Source of the DNA: Chthonomonadales bacterium
Lineage (GTDB): Bacteria; Armatimonadota; Chthonomonadetes; Chthonomonadales; CAJBBX01
Length of the DNA stretch: 48,221 nucleotides
Direction: 5' to 3'
NCBI GenBank assembly: GCA_049967475.1
Contig: JBMFSQ010000009.1
Location: 1 to 48,221 of the forward strand
Under the pieces are notes generated by a model. The model saw nothing but the letters and a program-made list of their open reading frames with translations, was not told the origin of the DNA and did not search any database. Shown one piece after another: positions 38,037 through 46,287 of the stretch. Position numbers and translations under genes: made by a program. Every line of letters begins with the position of its first letter. The first letter of the stretch is position 1.

Positions 38037-40400
38037 ATGCTGGGATTGCTGGTCATGGTCGCGCTGATGGATCTTGGCTCACGCGGCGAGGCGCCGCCGG
38101 CTCTGACGGCTTCTCAACCGGGGGGCGTCTTCCTAGACACACAACCCGTGACCCTTCAAGTAACGGGAGTCGCCAATCCGGCCGGATTGGTAGTGCGCCT
38201 GAAGCCCTACGGCGGGGACGCTCGGCCGCTCTCCGTTTCAGCCGCCGGCGGCACGTTGAACCTCGGGGTTTTGCCCCGCGGCTATTACGAGGTGTCCGCA
38301 TCGGAGGGCACCCGCACGGCGACCCTTCCTGTGGTGGTGGTGCCTCATCCCAGGGTTCCTTCCCAACGCATCGCAACGGATGCTGCACTGTCGTGGCTGA
38401 TCCCCCAGGGCACCTTTGACACCGGTGCGGAGCTTCTTGCGCGAGCAGGGTTTGGATGGGTGCGCGAGCGGCTGAGCTGGTCCGGTGTGGAACAACAACG
38501 GGGCGTGTACCATTGGGATCAGTACGACGCCTCTGCCGACGCCGAACACCGCCGTTCCATTCACATCGTCCAAGTGTTCCATGACACACCCGCCTGGGCG
38601 CGTGCGGATCATGCCCGGAATCGGTATCCCGATGATCTCCGCGACGTGTACCTCTTTGCACGCGAAGCTGCCCGCCATTTCAAGGGCCGCGTGGATGCCT
38701 GGGAGGTTTGGAACGAGGCGGACATTGATGCATTCTCTGCGGACACGGGGGATGCCTACGCCGCATTCCTAAAGGCAGCCTATCTGGGTTTCAAGGCCGG
38801 CGATCCCCACGTCCAGGTGGCCCAGGTGTCCTTCGCCGGTCCCGCCCAGGAGTTCGCCAGGGCCCTCTATCGCAACGGAACCCAGGGATACTTCGACGTG
38901 TTCAACTACCATATCTATGCCGATCCGCGCGCTTATGCGACCAGGGCAAGAGGCCATTTTGCGCTGCTCGATGAGTACCGCGTGCCCGCCTGCCCGGTGT
39001 GGGTTACCGAAGCAGGCATCGCCCTGCGAGCCCACAACGGCGCTCTATCTCCGGAGGACCAACGGAAACAAGCAGAGTTCATCCCGAAAGCGTACGCTCT
39101 CTCGCTGGCAGCGGGCACGGACCGGCACTTCTTCTTCGTATTCCCGCATTATCTGGAAAACGGCATCGAATTCGGCGCCATCGGTCCCGATTTCCGGCCG
39201 TATCCAGGATATGCCGCCCTTGCTGCCGCCGTGGATCTGCTGGGGCGCGCGCGGTACCTTGGCAAGCTCAGGCTCGAGCCGCACCCAGACGGACTACACG
39301 CCTATGTATTCGACAACGGCGCCGGGCTCACTCTGGTGGCTTGGACGGAGCCGCCGGCCCAACCTGTGCACCTTCCACTCCCACAAGGATCGCGCGTCTA
39401 CAACTGCGTAGGAGCCGAACAGCCGGGCGCGGATGCGCAGATAAGCTCCTCTCCCGTGTATATAGTCTGCCGCCCCGGGACGCGATTGGCCGTGGAGGGA
39501 TCCAGGCTCGAGCGGACGGTGCGCCCGAATAAGCCGCCCTATGCCTCAAGCCCAATCGTGCTGCGCGTACTGCTTCCCCCAAACGCTGTGAACAAGGCTA
39601 AGGAGCGCTACGAGCTTCCCTTGGCAACCTCCACACATATGCAGATCGAGTTGTACAATTTCGGATCGCATCCCATCCACGGAACCATCCATCTTGCACC
39701 TCCTGCGGGGTGGTCAGTGCGGCCAGAGCGCCTTGCAGCTTCGGCAAAGCCCATGGAGCGGGCAGTTCTCCATGCATCGCTCACACCGCCGGAACACTAC
39801 CGGCCCGGCGCTGCCGAATTGCGCGCAGAATTCGTTGCCGACGGCACATTCAAACACCGCCCGGCCGCCCCAGTGTCTCTAATGATAGCGACGCAGTTAT
39901 CTCCGGCTGCCGTCCTCCACGCCGATTCCTTGCCCGTGCTGGAGCCCGACAAGTGGACCAACAACATTGCGGAGATCGGTCATATGACGCGACAGACGGA
40001 TCCCCAGGGCGGAGTGGCCTTCGATTTCGTCTTCGACCGCTCAGGCGACCGCTGGGCCTATCCCACTGTTGATTTTGACCCGCCGTCAGACTGGACGCGG
40101 GCCCAAGGATTGGAGGTGGACTTCTCAACCAGTGTGGACGATCCGGACACCAGGGTCCGCGTGATGCTCGTGGAGCCTGGCGGCGCCACCTGGTTCACAC
40201 GCTCGGGCATCCCGGCCGCTACCCGCGAACAGCACTGGATCGTTCCGTTTTCTGACCTCGAACCCCTCGGCATCGGGCCTGCAGACGCAAACGGACGACT
40301 GGACCTGGATCGCGTCTCTGCGCTGCGGGTCGGCTGCAATACGTCGCGGGACAGAGTGACGCTGCGTCTTCACAAAATCGCTCTGGTGCGCTTCCGTTGA
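38037..40400 (+). CDS. secreted clan GH-A-like glycoside hydrolase with NEW3-like and CBM-like domains
   Basis: GFGWVRERLSW, AWEVWNEAD (acid/base Glu), FDVFNYHIY, VWVTEAG (nucleophile); LAPPAGWSV Ig-like domain; C-terminal CBM11/CIA30-like domain (DWTRAQGL, VPFSDL, LDLDRV). Confidence 0.8.
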   Translation: MLGLLVMVALMDLGSRGEAPPALTASQPGGVFLDTQPVTLQVTGVANPAGLVVRLKPYGGDARPLSVSAAGGTLNLGVLPRGYYEVSASEGTRTATLPVVVVPHPRVPSQRIATDAALSWLIPQGTFDTGAELLARAGFGWVRERLSWSGVEQQRGVYHWDQYDASADAEHRRSIHIVQVFHDTPAWARADHARNRYPDDLRDVYLFAREAARHFKGRVDAWEVWNEADIDAFSADTGDAYAAFLKAAYLGFKAGDPHVQVAQVSFAGPAQEFARALYRNGTQGYFDVFNYHIYADPRAYATRARGHFALLDEYRVPACPVWVTEAGIALRAHNGALSPEDQRKQAEFIPKAYALSLAAGTDRHFFFVFPHYLENGIEFGAIGPDFRPYPGYAALAAAVDLLGRARYLGKLRLEPHPDGLHAYVFDNGAGLTLVAWTEPPAQPVHLPLPQGSRVYNCVGAEQPGADAQISSSPVYIVCRPGTRLAVEGSRLERTVRPNKPPYASSPIVLRVLLPPNAVNKAKERYELPLATSTHMQIELYNFGSHPIHGTIHLAPPAGWSVRPERLAASAKPMERAVLHASLTPPEHYRPGAAELRAEFVADGTFKHRPAAPVSLMIATQLSPAAVLHADSLPVLEPDKWTNNIAEIGHMTRQTDPQGGVAFDFVFDRSGDRWAYPTVDFDPPSDWTRAQGLEVDFSTSVDDPDTRVRVMLVEPGGATWFTRSGIPAATREQHWIVPFSDLEPLGIGPADANGRLDLDRVSALRVGCNTSRDRVTLRLHKIALVRFR

Positions 40401-40626
40401 GGCACGTGCAGGATCAACCCTATTGTGGGGCGAAGGATAGGGAGAGAACAACGGTGAGTAGTGAGTAGAACAGCGGCGTGCGGTGAGTGGGGATCGGCCG
40501 GCGTTTGGCCTCCCTCGTGGATACCGCGGTTCTGGGCGCCATCGCAAGCAGGGATTTGATTTCTGAGGGTGCGGGTGTTGCGTTCCTTCTAAGCACCGCC
40601 TTCATCTGTGGGAGGGACACGGTTCC

Positions 40627-41328
40627 ATGGCCCAAAAGCCGCAAGACATGGAGGTGCGGTCGGTACCCATCCTGGCTGCAATCCCTGCAGACACGCTCGA
40701 GCGTTTCCTTCCACGTTTTAGGGTCCAGGTGTTTCTCGCCGGCGAGCAGGTTTACCACGCCGGAGACCGAGCCGACGCCATTCATTTCCTCTTGCACGGG
40801 CGCGTCAAGATCCTGCGTACATCTGCAGACGGGCGCCAAGTGATAGTGAGCTTCTACGGCCGAGGCGACTTCATTGGGTGTTGCACCCTGCTGAAAACCG
40901 CCCGTTGGCCCTGTACTGCTGTAGCAGTGGAAACGACGAAAACCGCGTCTCTTACGCAGCAAGACCTCTATGAGATGCTGACCGCAGTGCCTCAACTTTC
41001 GGCGGCGATGCTTCAGGCAGTAGCGGCCCGCCTGAGGGATGCAGATCGGCGGCTCCAGAACCTCGCCCTCGATCCTGCAGGCAGCAGGGTGATCGCAGCG
41101 CTGCTCGAACTGGATGATCGCTTCGGCATCTCCCAGCCGGATGGCTCGCGCGTCATCCGCCAGCGCGTCACACGCATGGAACTTGCCGAGATGGCCGGCA
41201 CCACTCTGGAAACGGCCAGCCGCACTATGAGCCGCCTCAAGCGCAAGGGCATCGTGATCTCTCAGGGCCGAAACATCCGCCTATTGTCCAGAGCGCAGCT
41301 CGAACAGATGCAGATTAATCTTCTTTAA
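40627..41328 (+). CDS. Crp/Fnr family transcriptional regulator (Dnr/HcpR-like, no N-terminal FNR Cys cluster)
   Basis: cNMP-fold (GRVKILRTSADGRQ, GDFIG); HTH TRMELAEMAGTTLETASRTMSRL with the E-x-x-S-R recognition motif. Confidence 0.95.
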   Translation: MAQKPQDMEVRSVPILAAIPADTLERFLPRFRVQVFLAGEQVYHAGDRADAIHFLLHGRVKILRTSADGRQVIVSFYGRGDFIGCCTLLKTARWPCTAVAVETTKTASLTQQDLYEMLTAVPQLSAAMLQAVAARLRDADRRLQNLALDPAGSRVIAALLELDDRFGISQPDGSRVIRQRVTRMELAEMAGTTLETASRTMSRLKRKGIVISQGRNIRLLSRAQLEQMQINLL

Positions 41329-41330
41329 CT

Positions 41331-41372
41331 TTGATCCAGATCAAAGACGCCTTCGTGAAACCTCGCTAGGAT
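41331..41372 (+). promoter_or_regulatory. FNR-type box TTGAT-N4-ATCAA with class II -10 (TAGGAT)
   Basis: TTGATccagATCAA at 41331-41344 (perfect consensus); TAGGAT at 41367-41372 puts the box centre at about -41.5. Confidence 0.88.
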
Positions 41373-41407
41373 TGCACACAACCCTTATGCGGAGGGTTGG
41401 CAATCCG

Positions 41408-43090
41408 ATGCTCGTCAAAACCTCATTCCTGCTGGCTCTTCTCGCAATACTCGGCGCGGGATGCCACCGCATCGAACGCCTTCACGCCGTGTCCCAGCAC
41501 CAGCTCCCTTCGCTGGCCGCTGCAGCGGCGCCCTTCTTAGGCATCCGCCTTGAAGACGATACCGCCCGCGCGCACCTGAACTTCGTCCACTCCATCGGCG
41601 AAGAACAACCTACGAACATCATCGAAGCCACCGGCTCGGGAGCCGCATGGCTCGATTACGACGGCGACGGCCGCATGGACCTCTACCTCGTCACCGGGGT
41701 CCCCAAGCCGCCATTCACCAAAGGGCGTGCCCCCTCATTCCAGCCACACAATCGCCTGTTCCACAACAATGGGGACGGCACGTTTACCGACGTAACCGAC
41801 CGGGCCGGTGTGGCACTGGGCCGCTTCAGCTTGGGCGCCACAACAGCCGACTACGACAACGATGGCCATCCGGACATTTTCGTAGCCTGCTACGACGGCC
41901 CCAACGCCCTCTTCCACAACAACGGAGACGGCACGTTCACCGATGTGGCCAAAGAGGCAGGAGTGGCCGACCGCTCGTGCAGCGTCTATGGCTGTTTCTT
42001 CGATTACGACAACGACGGCCGCCTGGATCTGTATGTGGTCAACTACATTATCTTTGACCCCAATTACAAGTACTACTACAACCCCGACGGCTTTCCCGGT
42101 CCGCTGGCCTTCGAGGGTCAGGCAGATGTCCTCTATCACAATGAGGGCAACGGCACCTTTCGGAACGTTACCAAATCCCTGGGTGTGTACAACCCATCAG
42201 GCCGAGGCATGGGGGCGGTCGCCTTCGATTACGATGAAGACGGCTTCATGGACCTCTACGTAGCCAACGATTCGATGACCAAGTGGCTTTATCACAACGA
42301 GCGCGGCCGCGGCTTCCGCGAGGTTGGAGCGAGGGCCGGCGTCGCACTCAACGTGGCAGGGGAGGGAACGGCATCCATGATGGGCACGTGCGCCGACTAT
42401 GACGGCGACGGCCGCCCGGATCTGTTTGTTCCCGACAACAGCTTCAAGTCCCTGTTCCACAACGAGGGCAACGGAGCCTTCGCCGATCTGACCGCTCAAA
42501 GCGGCATCGCTGCGGCTGGAGGCCAATACGTTACATGGGGGGCCGGCTTTTTGGATGTGGACAACGATGGAAGCCCGGACCTCCTCTTGATAAACGGTGC
42601 TCTGCACCACCTTTGGGGCCAGGAAGCCCTTCTCTTGCGCAACCGCGGCGACGGACAGTTCCAGGACATATCCGCCGACGCCGGAGATTTCTTCAAGACC
42701 AAGTTCTGCGGCCGCGGCGCGGCCTTCGCGGACTTTCTGAATGACGGCAACGTGGGGCTGTGCATCGTGCCTCTCAACGCACCGGCCATCCTGCTGCAAA
42801 ACACAACGGGTTTGCACAACAACTGGATCGAGCTGCAGCTTGTAGGCGCTCGATCCAACCGCGACGGTATTGGGGCCAAGATCCGGGTTACGGCATCCGG
42901 CCACACCCAATACGCCCAGCGCACAGGTGGAGGAGCGTTCCTTTCTACCAACGATCCTCGCATCCATTTTGGACTGGGCAAGGCGCGCAAGGTGGACCGC
43001 ATCGAAATTCGATGGCCGTCGGGCCGCACGCAGGTGCTGCGCGATCTGCCGGTCAACCGTATCCTCACCGTGCAGGAGCCGGCAGGGTAG
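41408..43090 (+). CDS. CRTAC1/ASPIC-UnbV family lipoprotein (FG-GAP repeats)
   Basis: GGAGGG RBS; lipobox LGAGC; seven DxDxDG-type repeats; C-terminal NRDGIGAKI...IHFGLG...IRWPSG. Confidence 0.93.
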   Translation: MLVKTSFLLALLAILGAGCHRIERLHAVSQHQLPSLAAAAAPFLGIRLEDDTARAHLNFVHSIGEEQPTNIIEATGSGAAWLDYDGDGRMDLYLVTGVPKPPFTKGRAPSFQPHNRLFHNNGDGTFTDVTDRAGVALGRFSLGATTADYDNDGHPDIFVACYDGPNALFHNNGDGTFTDVAKEAGVADRSCSVYGCFFDYDNDGRLDLYVVNYIIFDPNYKYYYNPDGFPGPLAFEGQADVLYHNEGNGTFRNVTKSLGVYNPSGRGMGAVAFDYDEDGFMDLYVANDSMTKWLYHNERGRGFREVGARAGVALNVAGEGTASMMGTCADYDGDGRPDLFVPDNSFKSLFHNEGNGAFADLTAQSGIAAAGGQYVTWGAGFLDVDNDGSPDLLLINGALHHLWGQEALLLRNRGDGQFQDISADAGDFFKTKFCGRGAAFADFLNDGNVGLCIVPLNAPAILLQNTTGLHNNWIELQLVGARSNRDGIGAKIRVTASGHTQYAQRTGGGAFLSTNDPRIHFGLGKARKVDRIEIRWPSGRTQVLRDLPVNRILTVQEPAG

Positions 43091-43094
43091 AACC

Positions 43095-44138
43095 ATGGGC
43101 AAAAGGACAGGATTTGCTCTTGTTGCGGGCGCCGCCCTCGCCATCCTCGCCGGGTCGGCGTGGTGGCCCCGCCGGCAGGCAAGACTGGCTTCTCTTCACA
43201 TCGAAAGCGGATGCATCATGGCGGTACCTGAGGGCCGCGGAACCTCTTATCCCGTCGCGGGACGCTTTACCGAAATCTCCGGCGTGGACGTGTCGTACGA
43301 CGGAGCCACGATCGCATTTGCGGCAAGGCCATCACCTTCCGAGCCGCGGCGCATCTACCTCGTCTCTTCCGCAGGAGGAGATCCGCAACCTATCTCGGGC
43401 ACCGGCACCCTCGACTGTTCGGAGCCGCACTTCCTTTCAGGCGGCACGTTGGTGTTCACGGCGGCACAGGGCGGTTCCAACGCCCTCTACATCTACGACC
43501 TTGCCGCCCGACGAAGCGAACGCATCACCTTCAATAAGGAGCCTCTGTCCCGCACCACGATCCTGCCGGATGGCCGCATCCTGGTGCAGCTTGGTCAAAG
43601 GTGGTGTACGGTCAACACGGATGGAACCGGCATCGCACCCTACGCAGGTCCTCCTCCGCGATCTAACGACGCTGCAGACCTTGCTGTGCACCCGCGGAAG
43701 CCGCCCATGGGCCACGTGTCCGTTGTGGACGCTAGCCGCCCGACTGGCAAGCTTTTCTGCCTTGGCGTAGGCATCAGCGAGGAAGCCGCCATAAGGCGTG
43801 CTCCACCAGGATCTCTGGCTTGGGTGCGGGTGTGGATTGCAGATCCCCAAGAGCGCGTCTTGGGCACGGTGCCCCTCGCTTCGGACGCATCCTTCTCCCT
43901 CGAATTGCCTGCCGATCGCCCGGTGCGGCTGGACATCTTGAACCGGCAGGGAGCGGTTGTGTGCCGCATGCCCGTGTGGATCTGGGTCCGCCCTAACGAG
44001 AGCCGAGGATGCATCGGCTGCCACGAAAGCCCATACCTCACTCCGCCCAACCGCGTGGCCGAGGCCATCCGCAAGCCGCCTCAGAAACTCATGCCGAGCA
44101 ACGGATCTGCGCATCAATCTGCTTTGAAGCGCATTTGA
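43095..44138 (+). CDS. hydrazine synthase alpha subunit-like protein (partial TolB/PD40 propeller + HZS_alpha middle domain, one CxxCH)
   Basis: N-terminal TM; DVSYDGATIAF, ILPDGRIL, VNTDGTG propeller blades; RVLGTVPLASDASFSLELPADRPVRLDILN...WIWVRPNESRGCIGCHE matches the HZS_alpha domain pattern. Confidence 0.82.
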   Translation: MGKRTGFALVAGAALAILAGSAWWPRRQARLASLHIESGCIMAVPEGRGTSYPVAGRFTEISGVDVSYDGATIAFAARPSPSEPRRIYLVSSAGGDPQPISGTGTLDCSEPHFLSGGTLVFTAAQGGSNALYIYDLAARRSERITFNKEPLSRTTILPDGRILVQLGQRWCTVNTDGTGIAPYAGPPPRSNDAADLAVHPRKPPMGHVSVVDASRPTGKLFCLGVGISEEAAIRRAPPGSLAWVRVWIADPQERVLGTVPLASDASFSLELPADRPVRLDILNRQGAVVCRMPVWIWVRPNESRGCIGCHESPYLTPPNRVAEAIRKPPQKLMPSNGSAHQSALKRI

Positions 44139-44148
44139 GGAACCAACC

Positions 44149-46170
44149 ATGGCCAAGCGTCGCAAATGGCTTCTCACGGCACTTGCCCTTGCGGGAGCAT
44201 CGGGCATCCTCGTGTTGGTGCGCCTTCGCACCTGGGGTGAGGCCCACGTGCTCCTCATGACTGGAGACAAGCGTTGGGTCCCCAACTGCCTCATCTGCCA
44301 TATGGGTGCCGGCATCCGTCCCTCTATCGGTTGGCGTGACGTGGAACCGTACCGAACTCCGCAATCCATCGCCGTGTCCCGCGACGGCCGAAGGCTGTAC
44401 GTCAGCGCATCCGGCTGTGACAGGCTGCTCGTGGTAGATAGTGCAGCACGCAAGGTGGTTGCCGAAGTGCCTGTAGGGCATCGGCCCCATGGGGTATGCC
44501 TTTCCCCCGACGGCAAGTTCGCCTACGTGACCAACCGCTGGAGCGCCTCCGTGTCCGTGGTTGACACGGCCGCTCTGCGGGTAACGCGCACGATCCCCGT
44601 GGGCCAAGGTCCGGCAGGAGTGGCCGTCACCCCCGACGGCTCCAAGCTCTACACGGCCAACTCTTTCGCACAGGATATCTCTGTGGTCAATCTTGCATCC
44701 GGTGCGGAAGAGAAGCGCCTGGAAGCGGGGCGGCGGCCGATGGCTATTGCCCTGAGCTCCGATGGAAAATACGCCTACGTGTCCAGCACGGAGACCCTGC
44801 CGATCGGCTTCCGCACGTCCCCGGTAACCGAGGTAACGGTCCTCTCCGCCCGCCGCGGCATCGTCATTCAACGCCTCCGCCTTCGCGGCGCCCACATGAT
44901 CGAAGGGATTGCCGCTCTGCCTGTTGCGCCCCCCTTTGCCTCGCCCACCGTACTCGCGACATTGGTTCGCCCCAAGAACCTCATACCCGCCGTGCAGGTG
45001 GGGCGCGGCTGGATGATAACCGATGGGTTGGCAATCCTTCGGCCTGCGCTGGATGCGCACACCGCTTCGCCGGACGACACTCCCGCGAAGCCACGCATCC
45101 AGCAGGTACTCCTGGACGATCCGGACATCTTTTACGCTGACCCATGCGATATTGTCGTGACGCCGGACGGCCGCAAGGCGTACATCTCCCACTCGGGCGC
45201 GGACACAGTGTCCGTGGCCGATCTGAGATCCTTGATGAGGCTTGTAAAGGATCCGGCTACCCGTCCTTACCTGGCCGACAGTCTTGCATCAGCTTCGCGC
45301 TTCATCACGAAGCGCATCGCCACGGGAGCCTGTCCGCGTGGGCTGGCGGTGTCTCCGGATGGTGCGTGGGTGTATGTTGCGGATGCCCTGGCAGACAAGA
45401 TCGAGATCCTCTCCACCGCCGGGGACACGGTCGTAGGATCCATAGACCTGGGCGGGCCGCGCCGTACGACCCTCATACGACGTGGAGAGAGGCTTTTCCA
45501 CAGCGCCTCCCACACCTTCCAGGGGCAGTTCAGTTGCCGCTCCTGCCATCCCGACGGCGCGAACGACGGCCTCTCCTATGAACTCGAGTCCAACGGCATC
45601 GGCGTGAATATTGTGGACAACCGCTCGCTCTTTCGGGTGAACGGAACGGCTCCCTTCAAGTGGAACGGGGTCAGCGCCAGCCTTTACCGGCAATGCGGTC
45701 CGCGCTTCGCTGCGTTTATCACCCGCTCAGAAGCCTATACTCCAGACGAACTTGCCGCTCTCGTCGCCTATATCGTGTCCCTGGAGCCGTACCCCAACAG
45801 CTATCGCGCGCCCGGATCTGCGCTCACCCCGGCACAACAACGCGGAAAGGCTCTCTTTGAACGATCCGTGGACAACAACGGCGTCCCGATCCCTCCCGGC
45901 AACCGTTGCATCACCTGTCACCCTCCTCCCCTCTACACGGACCATCGGAAACACGACGTGGACACGGCGGGCCCCACAGACACGAAGCGGGAGTTCGACA
46001 CGCCGCATCTCATGAACGTGTCCCAAACAGCTCCCTACCTTCACGACGGCCGCGCGCAGACGCTGGAAGAGATTTGGACGAAGTACGGCACTACGAACCG
46101 GCATGGAGCGGTGAACGACCTGTTGAAGGAACAGCTTAATGATCTTATTGAATATGTCAAAACCCTTTAA
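44149..46170 (+). CDS. triheme YVTN/YncE beta-propeller - cytochrome c peroxidase-like fusion (HzsB-HzsC-like architecture)
   Basis: N-terminal TM, CLICH; repeats SPDGKFAYVTN, TPDGSKLYTAN etc.; C-terminal GERLF..CRSCH, APFKWNG, RGKALF..CITCH, DTPHL..TAPYLHDG, DLIEYVKTL. Confidence 0.88.
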   Translation: MAKRRKWLLTALALAGASGILVLVRLRTWGEAHVLLMTGDKRWVPNCLICHMGAGIRPSIGWRDVEPYRTPQSIAVSRDGRRLYVSASGCDRLLVVDSAARKVVAEVPVGHRPHGVCLSPDGKFAYVTNRWSASVSVVDTAALRVTRTIPVGQGPAGVAVTPDGSKLYTANSFAQDISVVNLASGAEEKRLEAGRRPMAIALSSDGKYAYVSSTETLPIGFRTSPVTEVTVLSARRGIVIQRLRLRGAHMIEGIAALPVAPPFASPTVLATLVRPKNLIPAVQVGRGWMITDGLAILRPALDAHTASPDDTPAKPRIQQVLLDDPDIFYADPCDIVVTPDGRKAYISHSGADTVSVADLRSLMRLVKDPATRPYLADSLASASRFITKRIATGACPRGLAVSPDGAWVYVADALADKIEILSTAGDTVVGSIDLGGPRRTTLIRRGERLFHSASHTFQGQFSCRSCHPDGANDGLSYELESNGIGVNIVDNRSLFRVNGTAPFKWNGVSASLYRQCGPRFAAFITRSEAYTPDELAALVAYIVSLEPYPNSYRAPGSALTPAQQRGKALFERSVDNNGVPIPPGNRCITCHPPPLYTDHRKHDVDTAGPTDTKREFDTPHLMNVSQTAPYLHDGRAQTLEEIWTKYGTTNRHGAVNDLLKEQLNDLIEYVKTL

Positions 46171-46224
46171 ATAAAGATCCTGTGAGAGCGCTATCTGGAA
46201 TGCATATCAGGAGATGATCTTTTT

Positions 46225-46267
46225 GCGGATCGGTGCGTCTATAGAACCGATGCACCTACCGATCCGC
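46225..46267 (+). other. intergenic stem-loop
   Basis: GCGGATCGGT (46225-46234) and ACCGATCCGC (46258-46267) form a perfect 10-bp inverted repeat with additional inner pairing; no U-tract. Confidence 0.55.
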
Positions 46268-46287
46268 CAACGCTGAGGGAGACCTCC

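Noticed and set aside
40445..40490. Short repeats GTGAGTA x2 and AGAACA.CGG x2
   Set aside because: Too short and irregular for a CRISPR array or MITE.
46148..46160. Second FNR-like site TTGA-ATATG-TCAA
   Set aside because: Spacer is one nt too short and the site lies inside the coding 3' end.
43095..46170. Calling these genes bona fide hzsA/hzsB/hzsC and the organism an anammox bacterium
   Set aside because: The alpha-like protein is less than half the expected length with one heme, gene order and context differ, and no hao/hdh is in the window. Only homology-level similarity is supportable.
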